From Octopus vulgaris (taxonomy: Eukaryota): a stretch of 64,000 nt of DNA. Where the stretch lies: NCBI GenBank assembly GCA_951406725.2, contig OX597832.1, positions 55,986,001-56,050,000 on the forward strand, read 5' to 3'. Position 1 is the stretch's first letter. Every line of letters begins with the position of its first letter. The notes under the pieces are model-generated. The model was given only the letters and a program-made list of their open reading frames with translations, was not told the origin of the DNA and searched no databases. Positions 27,892 through 41,191 of the stretch are shown here, in pieces. The position numbers and the translations under genes are program-made.

Positions 27892-28264
27892 CTAGCAGTA
27901 TCGCCCGGCGTTGCTCGGGTTTGTAAGGGAAATAACTATAGAGCATTTTTAGAGAGTTATAGCCAAAAAATGGAAAAAAATTATGGTAAATTTTTTTTTA
28001 GTTAAAAAGGTCGAGTTGCGTCCCCTAGACAGTCTGTGGTTTGTGTTTCTGATTCTCGACCCCATGTCGAATTTATCGATTTTTTTCAGAACTGGGGGAG
28101 CTTTTCAAAATTTTCGCTGCGTTAGTTTTGAATAATGACATTGGGCTATGTGTGTGTCAAGTTTCATCAGAATCGGTTGAAAGCCGTGGTCAGGGTGAGG
28201 GTACAACCTAACAGACACACAGAAACACACACAGACAAACTGCCGTTTATATATAGAGAGAAGA
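27892..28264 (-). mobile_element. Non-autonomous Helitron (373 bp)
   Basis: Minus strand A|TC...subterminal hairpin CCCGAGCAACGCCGGG...CTAG|T; no TSD. Confidence 0.8.
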
Positions 28265-28594
28265 TTTATATATTTATTAAAGTTGTAAACAATGGTACCA
28301 ATGTTCCGTTCCACGCTGGGTTTTTTAAATTAGCTCAGATGGACGTTTGATTCAGTAGAAATGGTTGTCAAATCTATCTCAAATCACGCTGCCGTCTTTA
28401 CGGAAATAGAGGAGGAAGAAATGACACTTTAGATAATAATAATTAAAAAGACCATGAGGATCGCATGAAACCCGACTTTATCAGGGATCTACCTGACTCT
28501 TGCAGAACGGAAGGATTTAAGAACATACTCAACAAAAACAGTAACGATGTAATTGAATAACATTTGGTTGTTTAGTCCTTTGTTCCGCACAAAT

Positions 28595-29470
28595 GCTTCT
28601 CTCTCTTTCTCTTTTTCTCTCTCTTTCTCTCTTTTTCTCCTTTCTCTTCCCACCTCCCTCTCCACCGCTTCTGTTTGTTCTTTCTGCTCACTCTTCTCTC
28701 CTCTCTCACTTCCTTTCTCGCCTCACCTCTCTCTCTCCCTTCGCCCCTTTCTCTCTCTCCTCCGTCCTCTCTCTCTCTCTCTCTCGCTCGCTTCTTCTCT
28801 GTCCCCTCCACCTCTCTCTCTCTTTATCTCTCTTTCTCTTTGTCACTAGCACTCTGTCTCGCTCTGTCTGTATCTCGTTCTCTTTTTCTCTCTTTCTCTT
28901 TATCTCTCTCTTTGTCTCCTTGTCTCTTTTCTCTTCCCACCTCCCTCTCCACCCCCTCTTTTTGCTCTTTCTGCTCACTCTGTTTCCTCTCTCACTTCCT
29001 TTCTCGCCTCACCTATCTCTCCCTTCGCCCCTTCCTCTCTCTCTCTCTCTCTCCCTCTTTACATCTGTCTCTCTCTGTTTCGCTTTCGTTGTCTCTCTCT
29101 CTCTCCTTCCTACCTCTCTCTCTCTCACTCGCTCGCCTCTTCTCTGTCGCTCACCTCTTCTCTCTCCCCTCCATCTCTCCCTCTTTATCTCTCTTTCTCT
29201 TTGTCACTAGCTCTCTTTCTTACTCTCTCTCTTTCTCTTTATCTCTTTGTCTCTCTCTCTCTTTGTCTCTTTTCTCTTCCCACCACCCTCTCCAACTCCC
29301 TCTTTTTGCTCTTTCTGCTCACTCTTCTCTCCTCTATCACCGCCTCTCTCGCTTCACCTTTCTCTCCCTTCCCCTCTTACCCTCCCTCCCTCCATCCTTC
29401 GTCTCTCTCTCTCTCTCTCTCTCACCGCCCCCTCTTCCTTTCCCTCCCGTTCTCTCTCTCCCCTCACTTT
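28595..29470. repeat. CT-rich tract built from three diverged units of about 300-350 bp
   Basis: CTTTCTGCTCACTC recurs three times; TTTGTCACTAGC twice. Confidence 0.8.
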
Positions 29471-30501
29471 TCCCTTCCATTGGTTTCTAATAAATAATTC
29501 ACATTGGAACGCTACCAGTTCCTCACTCATCTTCATCAAATCGCCTTCAGTCGTCAATCAAGAATCCAATGACTAACAAAACGAACAAGAGTTACCCCGG
29601 CCTTAGACAAATGTTTTAATTGTAATTTTTTTTGTTACTGATTTGTTCGGTGTTTTTTGTTGTTGTTTTTGGTTTTGGATTCCAATTTTTCTTTTTTTGT
29701 TGTTGTTGTTGCTCGTTTTCAATTTCTTTTTTCTTTTACTTTTTCTTTTTCGCTTTTTTTTTTTTTCAAAAAACCAAAAAATCGTTCAATATCGACCTTG
29801 ATTAATTGCGTTAAATCATTGTAAATAAACACTTATTGATTCATCGATGGTCAATTATCCGTCGTTATTTCACATTTACTAAATACCAAATCCGTGATTT
29901 GATAACAAAACAATCTCTCCTGACCATCATCAGGTGGCGGCGTTGGTGGGGGCGGCGGTGGTGGTGGTGGTGGTGGTGGTGGTGGTGGTGGTGGTGGTGG
30001 TGGTTCCGGCGGCGGTGACGCAGAGTAGCGATGCCGAAGGCCTGATTTTGCTGTTCTATTGTTCTTGCCATTGATAGTATTATGGTTCACATTTATGTTC
30101 GTGATGGTAACAGTGATGATGATGATCATGATGATCATGATGATCATGATGATGATCATCATCATCATTATCATCATTATCATCATCATCGTCAACATGG
30201 CCATGGTAGTGGTGGTGTTGGTGGTGATGGCTTTGATGGCGTTGGTGGTGGTAGTAGTGATGATAATGAAAGTGATAAGGAGGTAAATGTTAATGATGGG
30301 GATAATGTTACTACTGCTGCTGCAGTTATTGCTGCCCTGCTGAAGCTACTGTTGATGATGATGATGATGATGATGACGACGACGACGACGGCGGCGGCGG
30401 CGACGACGATGATGATGATGAACTCGACGACGACAATGATGATGATGACGATGACGACGAAGATGACAACGAGGACGATGATAATGATGATGAAGACGAC
30501 T

Positions 30502-30543
<42 letters not shown>

Positions 30544-31024
30544 CTGACAATGGTGATGATGATGATGTTGATGGATACGATAAAGACATTGATACACTTG
30601 ACCAAATGTTGCCTACCTTACAGTAATAGAAAAATACTAACCCCGCCAATGGACGGTGGTTCTCATGTATTTAATCAGAATTTTTGTGAGAATTACCCAA
30701 ATCTTTAAATTTATTTATTGTTAATGGTGTTGCTGCTTTTCTTATTGAGGCGATGTTGGACTTTAACGTACCATTTCCACTCGCATGAAGCTGGTTGTCA
30801 TATTGACCTCCTGTTCCATAAAGTAAAAATACTTTGATATTCTGTAAACTAAACATATGAGTCTGGTGTTGATCCAGGCGTTGACCACAAATTCTTCAAG
30901 ACACTCGTACACAATATTTCCTTCCTGCCTTCATTGTTATAAATTCTTGAACAAAATAACCTTCATTTCTTTCAAAGTTAATTTGCTGGAGCAATATTGT
31001 CATTATTATTATTGTTGCGGTCAA

Positions 31025-31888
31025 TGCGGTGAGCGGGCAGAATCGTTAGCACAATGGACGAAATGCTTAGCGTATTTCGCCCGTCGTTACGTTCTGAGTT
31101 CAAATTTCGACGAGGTCGACTTCGCCTTTTATCCCTTCGGGGTCGATTAAATAAGTACCAGTTACGCACTGAGGTCGTTGTAATAGACTTAATCCCTTCC
31201 CCCAAATTCCCGGCCTTGTGCTTCCAGTAAAAAGAACCATTATTATTATTATTGCGGCTAAGGCGGCGAGCTGGTAGAATCGTTAGCACGCCGGACGAAA
31301 TGCGTAGCCGTATTTCGTCTGCCGTCACGTTCTGAGTTCAAATTCCGCCGAGATCGACTTTGCCTTTCGAGGTCGATAAATTAAGTACCAGCTACGCACT
31401 AGAGTCGATATAATCGACTTAATCCGTTTGTCTGTCTTTGTTTGTCCCCTCTGTGTTTAGCCCCTTATGGGTAGTAAAGAAATAGGTATTTCGCCCGTTG
31501 CTACGTTCTGAGTTCAAATTTCGCTAAGATCGACTTCGCCTTTCATCCTTTCGGGGTTGATAAATTAAGTACCAGTTCCGCACAGGGGTTGATCTAATCG
31601 ACTAGTCCCCTTCCCCTCAATTTCAGGTCTTGTGCCTTTTTAGTAGAAAGGGTTATTACTATTATTATTAAGGCGGCGCGCTGGCAGAATCGTTAGCACT
31701 CCGGGCAAAATTCCTAGCACCATTTTGTCTGTCTTTACGCTCTGCGTTCAAATTCCGCTGACGTCGACCTTACCTTTTACATTTTTCCGGGAGTCGATAA
31801 AATAAGTACCAGTTGAATAGTAGGGTCAATGTAATCGACTAGACCCCTCCCCTAAAATTGCTGGCCTTGTACCAAAATTTGAAACCCT
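31025..31888 (+). mobile_element. SINE family A cluster (monomer, dimer, monomer)
   Basis: Homology. Confidence 0.88.
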
Positions 31889-32266
31889 TATTACTATTAC
31901 GACCGTCAGTCTGGCAAACCACGCTTGTCGTCGGCTCCGTTATTTTTTGTAGAACACGAAAAGCTGCTGTATTCAGAGTTTTGAAGTTTATGCCATCATA
32001 AAAGTCAAGTTATTTGCAGTCGACTGGTCAGTTTGTTTCCGTACGTTCTCACCTATTTTGGTGGAGACATCTCGATTTAATTTCGTTTCTGTAATGAAAA
32101 TTACAGACGACACAGTGAAGCTTGTTAATGAGAGAGGAGAAGAGAATAGGGAGCGTTGGTGGTGGTAGTAGTGATGATAATGAAAGTGATAAGGAGGTAA
32201 ATGTTAATGATGGGGATAACGTTACTACTGCTGCTGCAGTTATTCCTGCCCTGCTGAAGCTACTGT

Positions 32267-32316
<50 letters not shown>

Positions 32317-32521
32317 GCGGCGACGATGATGCACTCGACGACGATGATGTTGATGAACTCGACGACGACAATGATGATGATGACGATGACGACGAAGATG
32401 ACAACGAGGACGATGATGATGATGATGAAGACGACAATGATGACGACGACTACGATGATGAAAAAGAGTTAGAGTGGGCAGTGAAAAAGAGTTAGAGTGG
32501 GCCTGACCTGGACTGGCCCGA

Positions 32522-32818
32522 TCCGCCTCTCCGTCGGTTACGATGAGGAGTTCTCCATTTGACCCAATCAAGGGCACAGCCTGCTCGTAATATTAACGTG
32601 CAAGTGGCTGAGTACTCCTCAGACACGCATACTCTCAATGTAATTCTCAGGGAGATTCGGCCCTTTGAAATACAGGTACAATTCGTTATTGTCAGCTGAG
32701 TGGAATGGAGCAATATGAGATAAAGTGTTATTATCAAAGATACAACGATACAACGCGCCGCCTGGAATTGAACTTACGACCTTATTGTCTTGAACCGAAT
32801 GCCCTGACCGCGCTTTCA
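32522..32818 (-). mobile_element. tRNA-derived SINE with a different head but the same 3' tail as the 33575 element
   Basis: Shares TTGTACCTGTATTTCAAAGGGCC...CTCAGCCACTTGCA...CGTAACCGACGGAG. Confidence 0.75.
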
Positions 32819-32846
32819 CATTGACAGTGGGACGATGAGCTGGCTA

Positions 32847-33270
32847 AGGCGGCGAGCTGGCAGAAACGTTAGCATGTCGGACGAAATGCTTAGCGGTATT
32901 TCGGCTGCCGTTACGTTGTGAGTTCAAATTCCGCCGAGGTCGACTTTGCCTTTCATCCTTTCGGGGTCGATAAATTAACTACCAGTTACGTACTGGGGTC
33001 GATGTAATCGACTTAATCCGTTTGTCTGTCCTTGTTTGTCCGCTCTGTGTTTAGCCCCTTGTGGGTAATAAAGAAAAAGAAAAAGGTATTTCGGCTGCCG
33101 TTACGTTGTGAGTTCAAATTCCGCCGAGGTCGACTTTGCCTTGTATCCTTTCGGGGCCGATAAATTAAGTACCAGTTGCATACTGGGGTCGATGTAATCG
33201 ACTTAATACCTATGTCTGTCCTTGTTTGTCCCCTCTATGTTTAGCCCCTTGTGGGTAATAAAGAAATAGA
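32847..33270 (+). mobile_element. SINE family A dimer
   Basis: Two bodies sharing private variants, each followed by tail 2. Confidence 0.9.
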
Positions 33271-33574
33271 TATATGTCGCCGCAGTGAAAACAGATGACA
33301 GCGTGAAGTACAACAGAAAATTTGAAGATAAAGAGAAAATGGAAAATTTTAACAAGGAAAACATTGAAGCAGCCATCACCACTACCACCACCTACAACAA
33401 CAACAACAATAGAAACAACAGCTTCACAACAACAACAACAACAACAACAACAGCTCGCCGCCTTATAACTGTGAGATGTCTATAGCGCCTAGGTTTCTCA
33501 ATAACAACATACCCTGATACACGAAATACGATTCTGCCAGCTTACCGCCTTCAATAATAATAATAATAATAATA

Positions 33575-33956
33575 GTGGAGGCGCAATGGCCCAGTGGTTA
33601 GGGCAGCGGACTCGCGGTCGTAGGATCGCGGTTTCGATTCCCAGACCGGGCATTGTGGGTGTTTATTGAGCGAAAACACCTAAAGCTTCACGAGGCTCCT
33701 GCAGGGGGTGGTAGTGAACCCTGCTGTACTCTTTCACCACAACTTTCTCTCACTCTTTCTTCCTGTTTCTGTTGTACCTGTATTTCAAAGGGCCAGCCTT
33801 GTCACTCTCTGTGTCACGCTGAATCTCCTCGAGAACTACGTTAAGGGTACACGTGTCTGTGGAGTGCTCAGCCACTTGCAAGTTAATTCCACGAGCAAGC
33901 TGTTCCGTTGATCGTATCAGCTGGGACCCTCATCGTCGTAACCGACGGAGTGCTCC
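33575..33956 (+). mobile_element. Full-length tRNA-derived SINE family C (possibly the octopus OR type)
   Basis: A-box TGGCCCAGTGG, B-box GGTTTCGATTCCC, short-repeat tail. Confidence 0.88.
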
Positions 33957-34635
33957 TACTACTAATAATAATAATAAGAAGAAGAAGAAGTAGTAGTAGT
34001 AGTAGTAGTAGTTGAAGTTACGGCGGGTTATTTATTCCTGCAAGTCTGCCTTTTTAAAGACTTTGTTGTATTTTTATGAGTCATATTTCATAAAATAATA
34101 GATTTCGCAGTATAAAGAACTTTGTTGATGTTCGTCCCTGACAGTTGGCGTTTAAGTTCATTTTGGCTTTCGAACATAAGAGGAAATATACGTTGACCGT
34201 CTCTGCAATATATTCTGCGATACGCACCAGATTTGAGACCTCGTAACATAGAATATATTGAGAAGATTGATATTATAAGCAGAAAAATACAAATTAGATA
34301 CGTTACGGTTTTAGAAAAGCTATTCCTAGTAATTCCTTCTCGAGAGTTATTACCAATTCTACTCCAAGTAGATCTGAGACTGATAACAGTTAGATTTCTG
34401 CTTCATTGCACATTCATAGAATATAAAAGATACCACAAAGAAAAAAAAAACAGAAGTCTATTTGTAATGTATTGATCAATATTGATTCTGGTTTGGCCAA
34501 TATCGTTGAAGCTAAACATAAAAACGAATAAGGAATCAAGACTATCAGGCGACTATGATTCCTAGTTGAACAATATTTTAGTTCACTTACGCTGCTTTGT
34601 TCTTCCGGGAAAGGCATATACATCACCACACTTTA

Positions 34636-35686
34636 TTTTTATCCGTCTTTATGTTCTGAGTTCAAATTCCGCCGAGGTCGACTTTGCCTTTCATTCTTCC
34701 GGGGGTTGATAAAATAAGTACCAATTGAGCACTGGGGTCGATGTAATCGAATTAATCCGTTTGTCTGTCCTTGTTTGTCCCCTCTGTGTTTAGCCCCTTG
34801 TGGGTAGTAAAGAAATAGGTATTTCGTCTGCCGTTACGTTCTGAGTTCAAATTCCGCCGAGGTCGATTTTGACTTTCATTCTTTCGAGGGTTGATAAAAT
34901 AAGTACCACTTGAGCACTGGGGTCGATGTAATCGACTTAGCCCCTCCCACGAATTTTCTGGTCTTGGGCCAAAGTTTGAAACCAATATTTAATTGTGAAT
35001 TAAAATGGCGAACTGGTAGAATGCAAACACGTCAGCTAAAATGCTTAGCGGTATTTTGCTCGCGCTTACGCTCTGAGTGGAAATTCCACCGAGGTCAAGT
35101 TTGCCTTTTATCCTTTCGTGATCGATAAAATATGTATCAGTTGTGTACTGTGGTCAATGTAATCGACCAGCCCCTTTCCCCAAAAAACTTTCAGGCCTTG
35201 TGCCTATATTAGAAAGAATATTTAATAGTGGTTTCATCTGGAGTTCCTAAGGCACGAATACTTTATCACTAGTAGGTAGGAAATCCAGATGAAACCACTA
35301 TTAAATATTCTTTCTAATATAGGCACAAGGCCTGAAATTTTTTGGGGAAAGAACTGGTTGATTACATTGACCACAGTACACAACTGGTACTTATTTTATT
35401 AATTGTGATTTAAAATGGCGAACTAGTAGAACGCAAACGTGTCAGCCAAAATGCTTAGCGGCATTTTGCTCGCGCTTACGTTCTGAGTTCAAATTCCACC
35501 GAGGTCACGTTTACCTTTCGTCCTTTCGTGATCGATAAAATAAGTACCAGTTGTGTACTGTGGTCAATGTAATCGACCAGCCCCTTTCCCCAAAAAATTT
35601 CAGGCCTTGTGCCTATATTAGAAAGAATATTTAATAGTGGTTTCATCGTGAGTTCCTACCTACTAGTGATAAAGTATTTGTGCCTT
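34636..35686. mobile_element. Rearranged SINE A cluster with an internal inversion
   Basis: Direct-inverted-direct segments; paralogous to 37805-38220. Confidence 0.85.
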
Positions 35687-36148
35687 GTAAAGACAAATGA
35701 CATTGTCGTTTTGTTTGTTGTTTTGTCTTTGGTCAGTCCCAATCGTGTTCGTTAATGATATCCCTGTTTGAGAAAGAAATTCTAGCCGGGCCGGCGGTGT
35801 GGCACCTTATTGGCAAATATGGGGGAACAGCCTGTAAATAAAGGAGACAGAGGCCCACATGACCAGAATTAAATAAGGGCTACTTTTTGGCAATGCACAG
35901 AGGCCGCCAATCACAGAAGACGAAGAAACATGAATTGAGAAATTCCGAAATAGTTTTCCCGCCTACACCAACTCTCTCTTTCTCATTTTTTCTCCTTCCG
36001 CCTCTCTCTCATTCTCTTTCTCACTCTTTCTCTCTGCCTCTCTCACTCTTACTTCTCTCTATCTCTATCTCTTTATGACTCAACCTCTCATTTCTGTATG
36101 TATCTATATAATATGAAATAACTTGAGTATATTATTTACAAATAACAT

Positions 36149-36220
<72 letters not shown>

Positions 36221-36384
36221 AGATAAATAGATAGACAGACACATTTGCATCAATGCATATATATCTCTATATAAGTGTATATATATATGTGTATATATAT
36301 ATGTATATATATGTATATATGTATGTATATATATATATAAGTATATTCATGTATGTATATATGTATATATATATATACATACAT

Positions 36385-36466
<82 letters not shown>

Positions 36467-36549
36467 CTCCTATGTGTGTCTACCTGTAAGTATACCTCTA
36501 TTCAAATTCGCGCATTCATGCACACACACACTTACCTGTACACTTACCT

Positions 36550-36588
<39 letters not shown>

Positions 36589-36897
36589 CACCCACACGCG
36601 TGCATGCACCTGTACACACTCTGTTGCCGATGAATAGATGAATCTACACAAACAATTATGTCCGCGCATATACAACACGCCATTACAACAACACGCAATT
36701 GCTTGAGCAAAGTGCATATTCACATTCCTAGGTGCTTCACCACCACCACCACCACCACCACCACCCCTCCACCTCCACCTCCGTTCTACAAATACCTTTA
36801 CACATGCACGCACGCACGCACATCCTCTTCCCTTCCCCCCCTAATATACATCAGATATATTTGTACACATAATACCCTCTCAGCTACCACCACATAA

Positions 36898-36935
<38 letters not shown>

Positions 36936-36954
36936 AAATATATATATATATATG

Positions 36955-37007
<53 letters not shown>

Positions 37008-37036
37008 AAATATATATATATATGTATAAATATATA

Positions 37037-37085
<49 letters not shown>

Positions 37086-37116
37086 CTATGTATATATACA
37101 TATATATATATATATC

Positions 37117-37167
<51 letters not shown>

Positions 37168-37188
37168 ATATGTGTGTATATATGTGTG

Positions 37189-37222
<34 letters not shown>

Positions 37223-37744
37223 TGTGTGTGTGTATGTGTGTGTGTATATTTGTATTGCATTGTATTGTATGTCGTTCGAATATCATTCAGTCGCCATTTT
37301 TGATATTAATTTGCTATATTGCTTCGGCAAAGCTATAGTATTCATTTGTTGTGTAGATTAATGCAGATCTCTAACTGTAGATTTGATTCTGTGGATCTTT
37401 GAAGATGCACAGCAACATTTTGCAGAAGAATATTAAAGTTGGATGGATTCGATCATAAACTACTTATAGAAGCCGTTTGCGTCACAGCTTTAATATGTTG
37501 TATATTCAGATTGCTTTTCAAAACGTTATTCGTGTTTGTTTGTTATGGAAGCTGTGGCTTCGTATTTGCAGCTGCGAATCTACTTGATACAGCAGCAGTC
37601 GAAAATATATTGATATAATATTGTTTGACTGAGGTAGTGAAGTCTGAAAGTAAAAACAAAATATGCAGGTTCAGTTCCATCTTACAGCTAATTTCGTTTT
37701 TTGCTTTTTTTTTGTTTTTCTTTCTGTTTATTTAATAGTAGTTT

Positions 37745-38220
37745 GAGGCAACGAACTGGTAGATTCACTAACGCGCTGGACGAAATGCTCAGCAATAATA
37801 TTTTTTCCGTCTTTATGTTCTGAGTTCAAATTCCGACGAGGTCGACTTCGCCTTTCATTCTTTCGGGGGTTGATAAAAATAAGTACCAGTTGAGCACTGG
37901 GGTCGATGTAATCGACTTACCCCCTCCCACGAAATTGCTGGTCTTGTGCCAAAGTTTGAAACCAATATTGAATTGTGATTTAAGATGGCGAACTCGTAGA
38001 AAGCAAACGCGTCAGCTAAAATGCTTAGCGGTATTTTGCTCGCGCTTACGTTCTGAGTTGAAATTCCACAACGGTCAACTTTGCCTTTCATCCTTTCGTG
38101 ATCGATAAAATAAGTACCAGTTGTGTACTGTGGTCAATGTAATCGACCAGCCCCTTTCCCCAAAAAAATTTCAGGCCTTGTGCTATAATAAAAAGAATAT
38201 TTAATAGTGGTTTCATCGTG
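37745..38220 (+). mobile_element. Two SINE A copies; local duplicate of 34640-35238
   Basis: Shared private variants and shared flank TTTAATAGTGGTTTCATC. Confidence 0.85.
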
Positions 38221-38715
38221 TGTTCACAAATTTTGGACGAAGTTACAGTCCACAAAATGATTCATGTCTGGTGGTTTATCGAATTCCATACAGGACGAAG
38301 AAAGATAAAGTCTAACCTCGAGAGAATCGAACTCTGTCTCTTTGCTGAGTCTACTAACCGTTACTTCTGACATGATAACAGTCGTTTATGTAACTCAGGA
38401 GACAAAAAAAAAAACAGAAAGAAACGGTGATAATTATGGAATGAAAATCAAGAGCACACACAATAAAGTTAAATAATGAGGATAATGAAAAGAAGTTAGG
38501 GATAAAGACTTAAGAAAATGTTAGACTGTATAATTCTTTGTTCACAGCACTAGAAGTCCAAGTGCGACAGAATCTGTCCAAGACTGATACTGTCAACCAC
38601 AACCAATTCGATATTTTTAGTCCAGGGAAACAATATCTGGTTGTTCATTGCAGAAAGTATCGCCATTATAGTTGTGTTGAAGAGCGTATTCACACATAAA
38701 TACGTATTGTGCATC

Positions 38716-39122
38716 ATTTACTTGTTTCAATCATTAGACTGCGGCCATGCTGGGGCACCACCTTGAAGAATTTCTAGTCAAGCGAATCGACCTTTTTCTA
38801 AGCCTGATACTCTTTCTGTCGGTATATTTTGCCGAACGGCTAAGTTATGGGGACGTAAACACACCAATACTTGTTGTCAAGAGGTGGTGGGGGACAAACG
38901 CAGAAACAAATACACATACACCTACACCCACACACACATACACCTCCACTCCCCCCACATATATATACAACAGGAGTCTTTCAGTTTTCGCCCACCAATT
39001 CCACTCACAAGGCTTTGGTCGGTCCGAGGCTATAGAAGAAGGAATTCCCTTAAGGTGCCACGCAGTAGGACTGAACTCGGAACCATGTGGTTTGGAAACA
39101 AGCTACTTACCACACAGCCACA
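38716..39122 (-). mobile_element. Diverged SINE B
   Basis: Homology. Confidence 0.8.
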
Positions 39123-39343
39123 TATATGTATAATAAATTTGATGTCTGTGTGTGTGAATGTGTGTGCGCGCAGGGGTGGATGGTGTGGGGTGAATGTGTG
39201 TGTGTGCGTGTATGTGTACAGGAATGTGTGTGTATCTATGCGTTTGTGTGAATTAGTGAAAATATACGTGGGAGTGTACTTCTACATGTGTATTTACACA
39301 TGTATATATATGTATGTATATATAAGCGTGTATGTAAATATGC

Positions 39344-39395
<52 letters not shown>

Positions 39396-39667
39396 GGTTT
39401 GTATGATTGTGTATCAGAGGGATATATATTATTCTAAGAAATTCCAACTCTGTTTTTTATGTTTTATTTATATTCTTTATAATATCAATGTAGAATATAG
39501 AATATATAGTATAAATAATATATATATAGTAAAATGAAATGAAGTAGTGATTATCTTATTGAATTATTGAATAGATGAAATATTGAATATAAAATATTAA
39601 GGAACTAGTATACTTGCTTGCATTATAGCAGTCTTCAAGGTCCCAGGTTGTGACAGGAGTGTTTCAA

Positions 39668-39701
<34 letters not shown>

Positions 39702-40305
39702 GTGTGTGTGAGGTCATGTATTTTGATAAAAATTCTCGTTAATGTGTTTTTATGCACTTTCCAAAGACTAACTGCTAGAAGTGCCATTTAACTTTTCTTG
39801 AAATTGTAGGGCAAGAGACATGAACTTGAGAGGATGTTGATACGATCCAAGCGAAAGATAAGCGAAGAGAATTATATTATAGCCGTTGTGTTACTGTCTT
39901 GGGGTTCCTAGACAAGGATAACTGTGCATGTAATTTGGAACGTGATGTCGCAAAAATGGTGCAAGGAGTATTTGATAGTAACCTAAATCGGAAAGATAGG
40001 TGGAGTTTTGATATAGTAATTTGGAGTATCAAAAGCTGTAGAATAACCAGGGAAGGATAAATATAGCATATTAGTGGATCAGGAATTGGCAGATAACCCT
40101 CTAGGTTGGTTAAATTTCCTTAATCTTTCTCGTGCTTTTGTTTGTCGGCTGATTCTTTCGTCAGTCTAAACCACGACTTCTCGCTGGGTACGATGGAAAA
40201 TTTTATTTGACTCCTTGATAAAATAGGATAGGGAGGAGCGATAGATTAATCTGTACGATTTTTTTTCGTCTTTTCTTGCTTATTTTTTAATAAAATAAAT
40301 GTAAT

Positions 40306-40446
40306 GCAGTTCTATATTTAAAAGATGAGGAATTATGTACATTATTTACATTATTTACATTATTTAAATTCGACGCGCATATGGCGTAGTGGTTAAGAGC
40401 GTGGGCTACTTAACCCCAAGATTCTGAGTTCGATTCCATGTAACGA

Positions 40447-40479
<33 letters not shown>

Positions 40480-40628
40480 CGTCGAAAAATACCTTAGGAA
40501 TGTGAACCCAGGTTGGAAATTTCCCCAAGACACCCGAAGAAGGCTGGAGGGTATATCAGCCGAAACGTTGTGTTAACAACTAACAAGATGAGGACAAATA
40601 TCTGTCGAATGCAAATAATAAATGTAAT
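40306..40628 (+). mobile_element. tRNA-headed SINE-like element containing a hammerhead motif and an inverted 5' extension
   Basis: A-box 40382-40392, B-box 40426-40437, HHR 40529-40574, upstream segment complementary to the 3' end. Confidence 0.72.
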
Positions 40629-40878
40629 ATTTTAATAAACTATTTGTTAACCACAATTACAACATCAACAATAATAAAAGTCTCGAATTATGAATTACTA
40701 AATAAGCAAAACCGAATATATACCATCTGTGCATGTAAATTATGAACACTAAACTAGTGCGTGATTTAAAGGGCATTGTCAAAATACGTGAGTATTTCCA
40801 TACATCCAATAAAGACAACCACTGCACTTGTAGCATTCAGTAAAGATCTGGCTTGTACGTACACATATATGAATATGT

Positions 40879-41191
40879 CACGTCACGTGATCACGTGACC
40901 GACCAGACCATCAGATGTTGTTACACATCGCTGGTCACAATGCGTTCGCATTGTTTTAGCCTTCGAATGACGCCACCCCGCTGTCTAAGCGAGCAGGCCA
41001 ACAGAAGAAAGAGTGAGAGAAAGAGTGGTGAAAGAGTACAGCAGGGATCACCACCACCCCCTGCCGGAGCCTCGTGGAGCTTTTAGGTGTTTTCGCTCAA
41101 TAAACACTCACAACGCCCGGTCTGGGAATCGAAACCGCGATCCCGCGACCGCTAGTCCGCTGCCCTAACCACTAGGCCATTGCGCCTCCAC
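40879..41191 (-). mobile_element. SINE with the family C head and an alternative tail, 12-bp TSD
   Basis: TSD ATATGAATATGT at 40867-40878 and 41192-41203; head nearly identical to 33575. Confidence 0.9.

Noticed and set aside
29851-30708. Poly-Pro/His/Met ORFs
   Set aside because: (GGT)n and (GAT)n tracts; part is locally duplicated with a different repeat length
30600-30980. Possible ancient RTE-type LINE fragment on the minus strand (similar hints at 34050-34600 and 39750-40250)
   Set aside because: Motif similarity too weak to support by eye; needs a profile search
33575-33650. tRNA-like sequences here and at 40375, 41115-41191, 52198 and 57717 as tRNA genes
   Set aside because: No complete cloverleaf; each continues into a repeat body, so these are SINE heads
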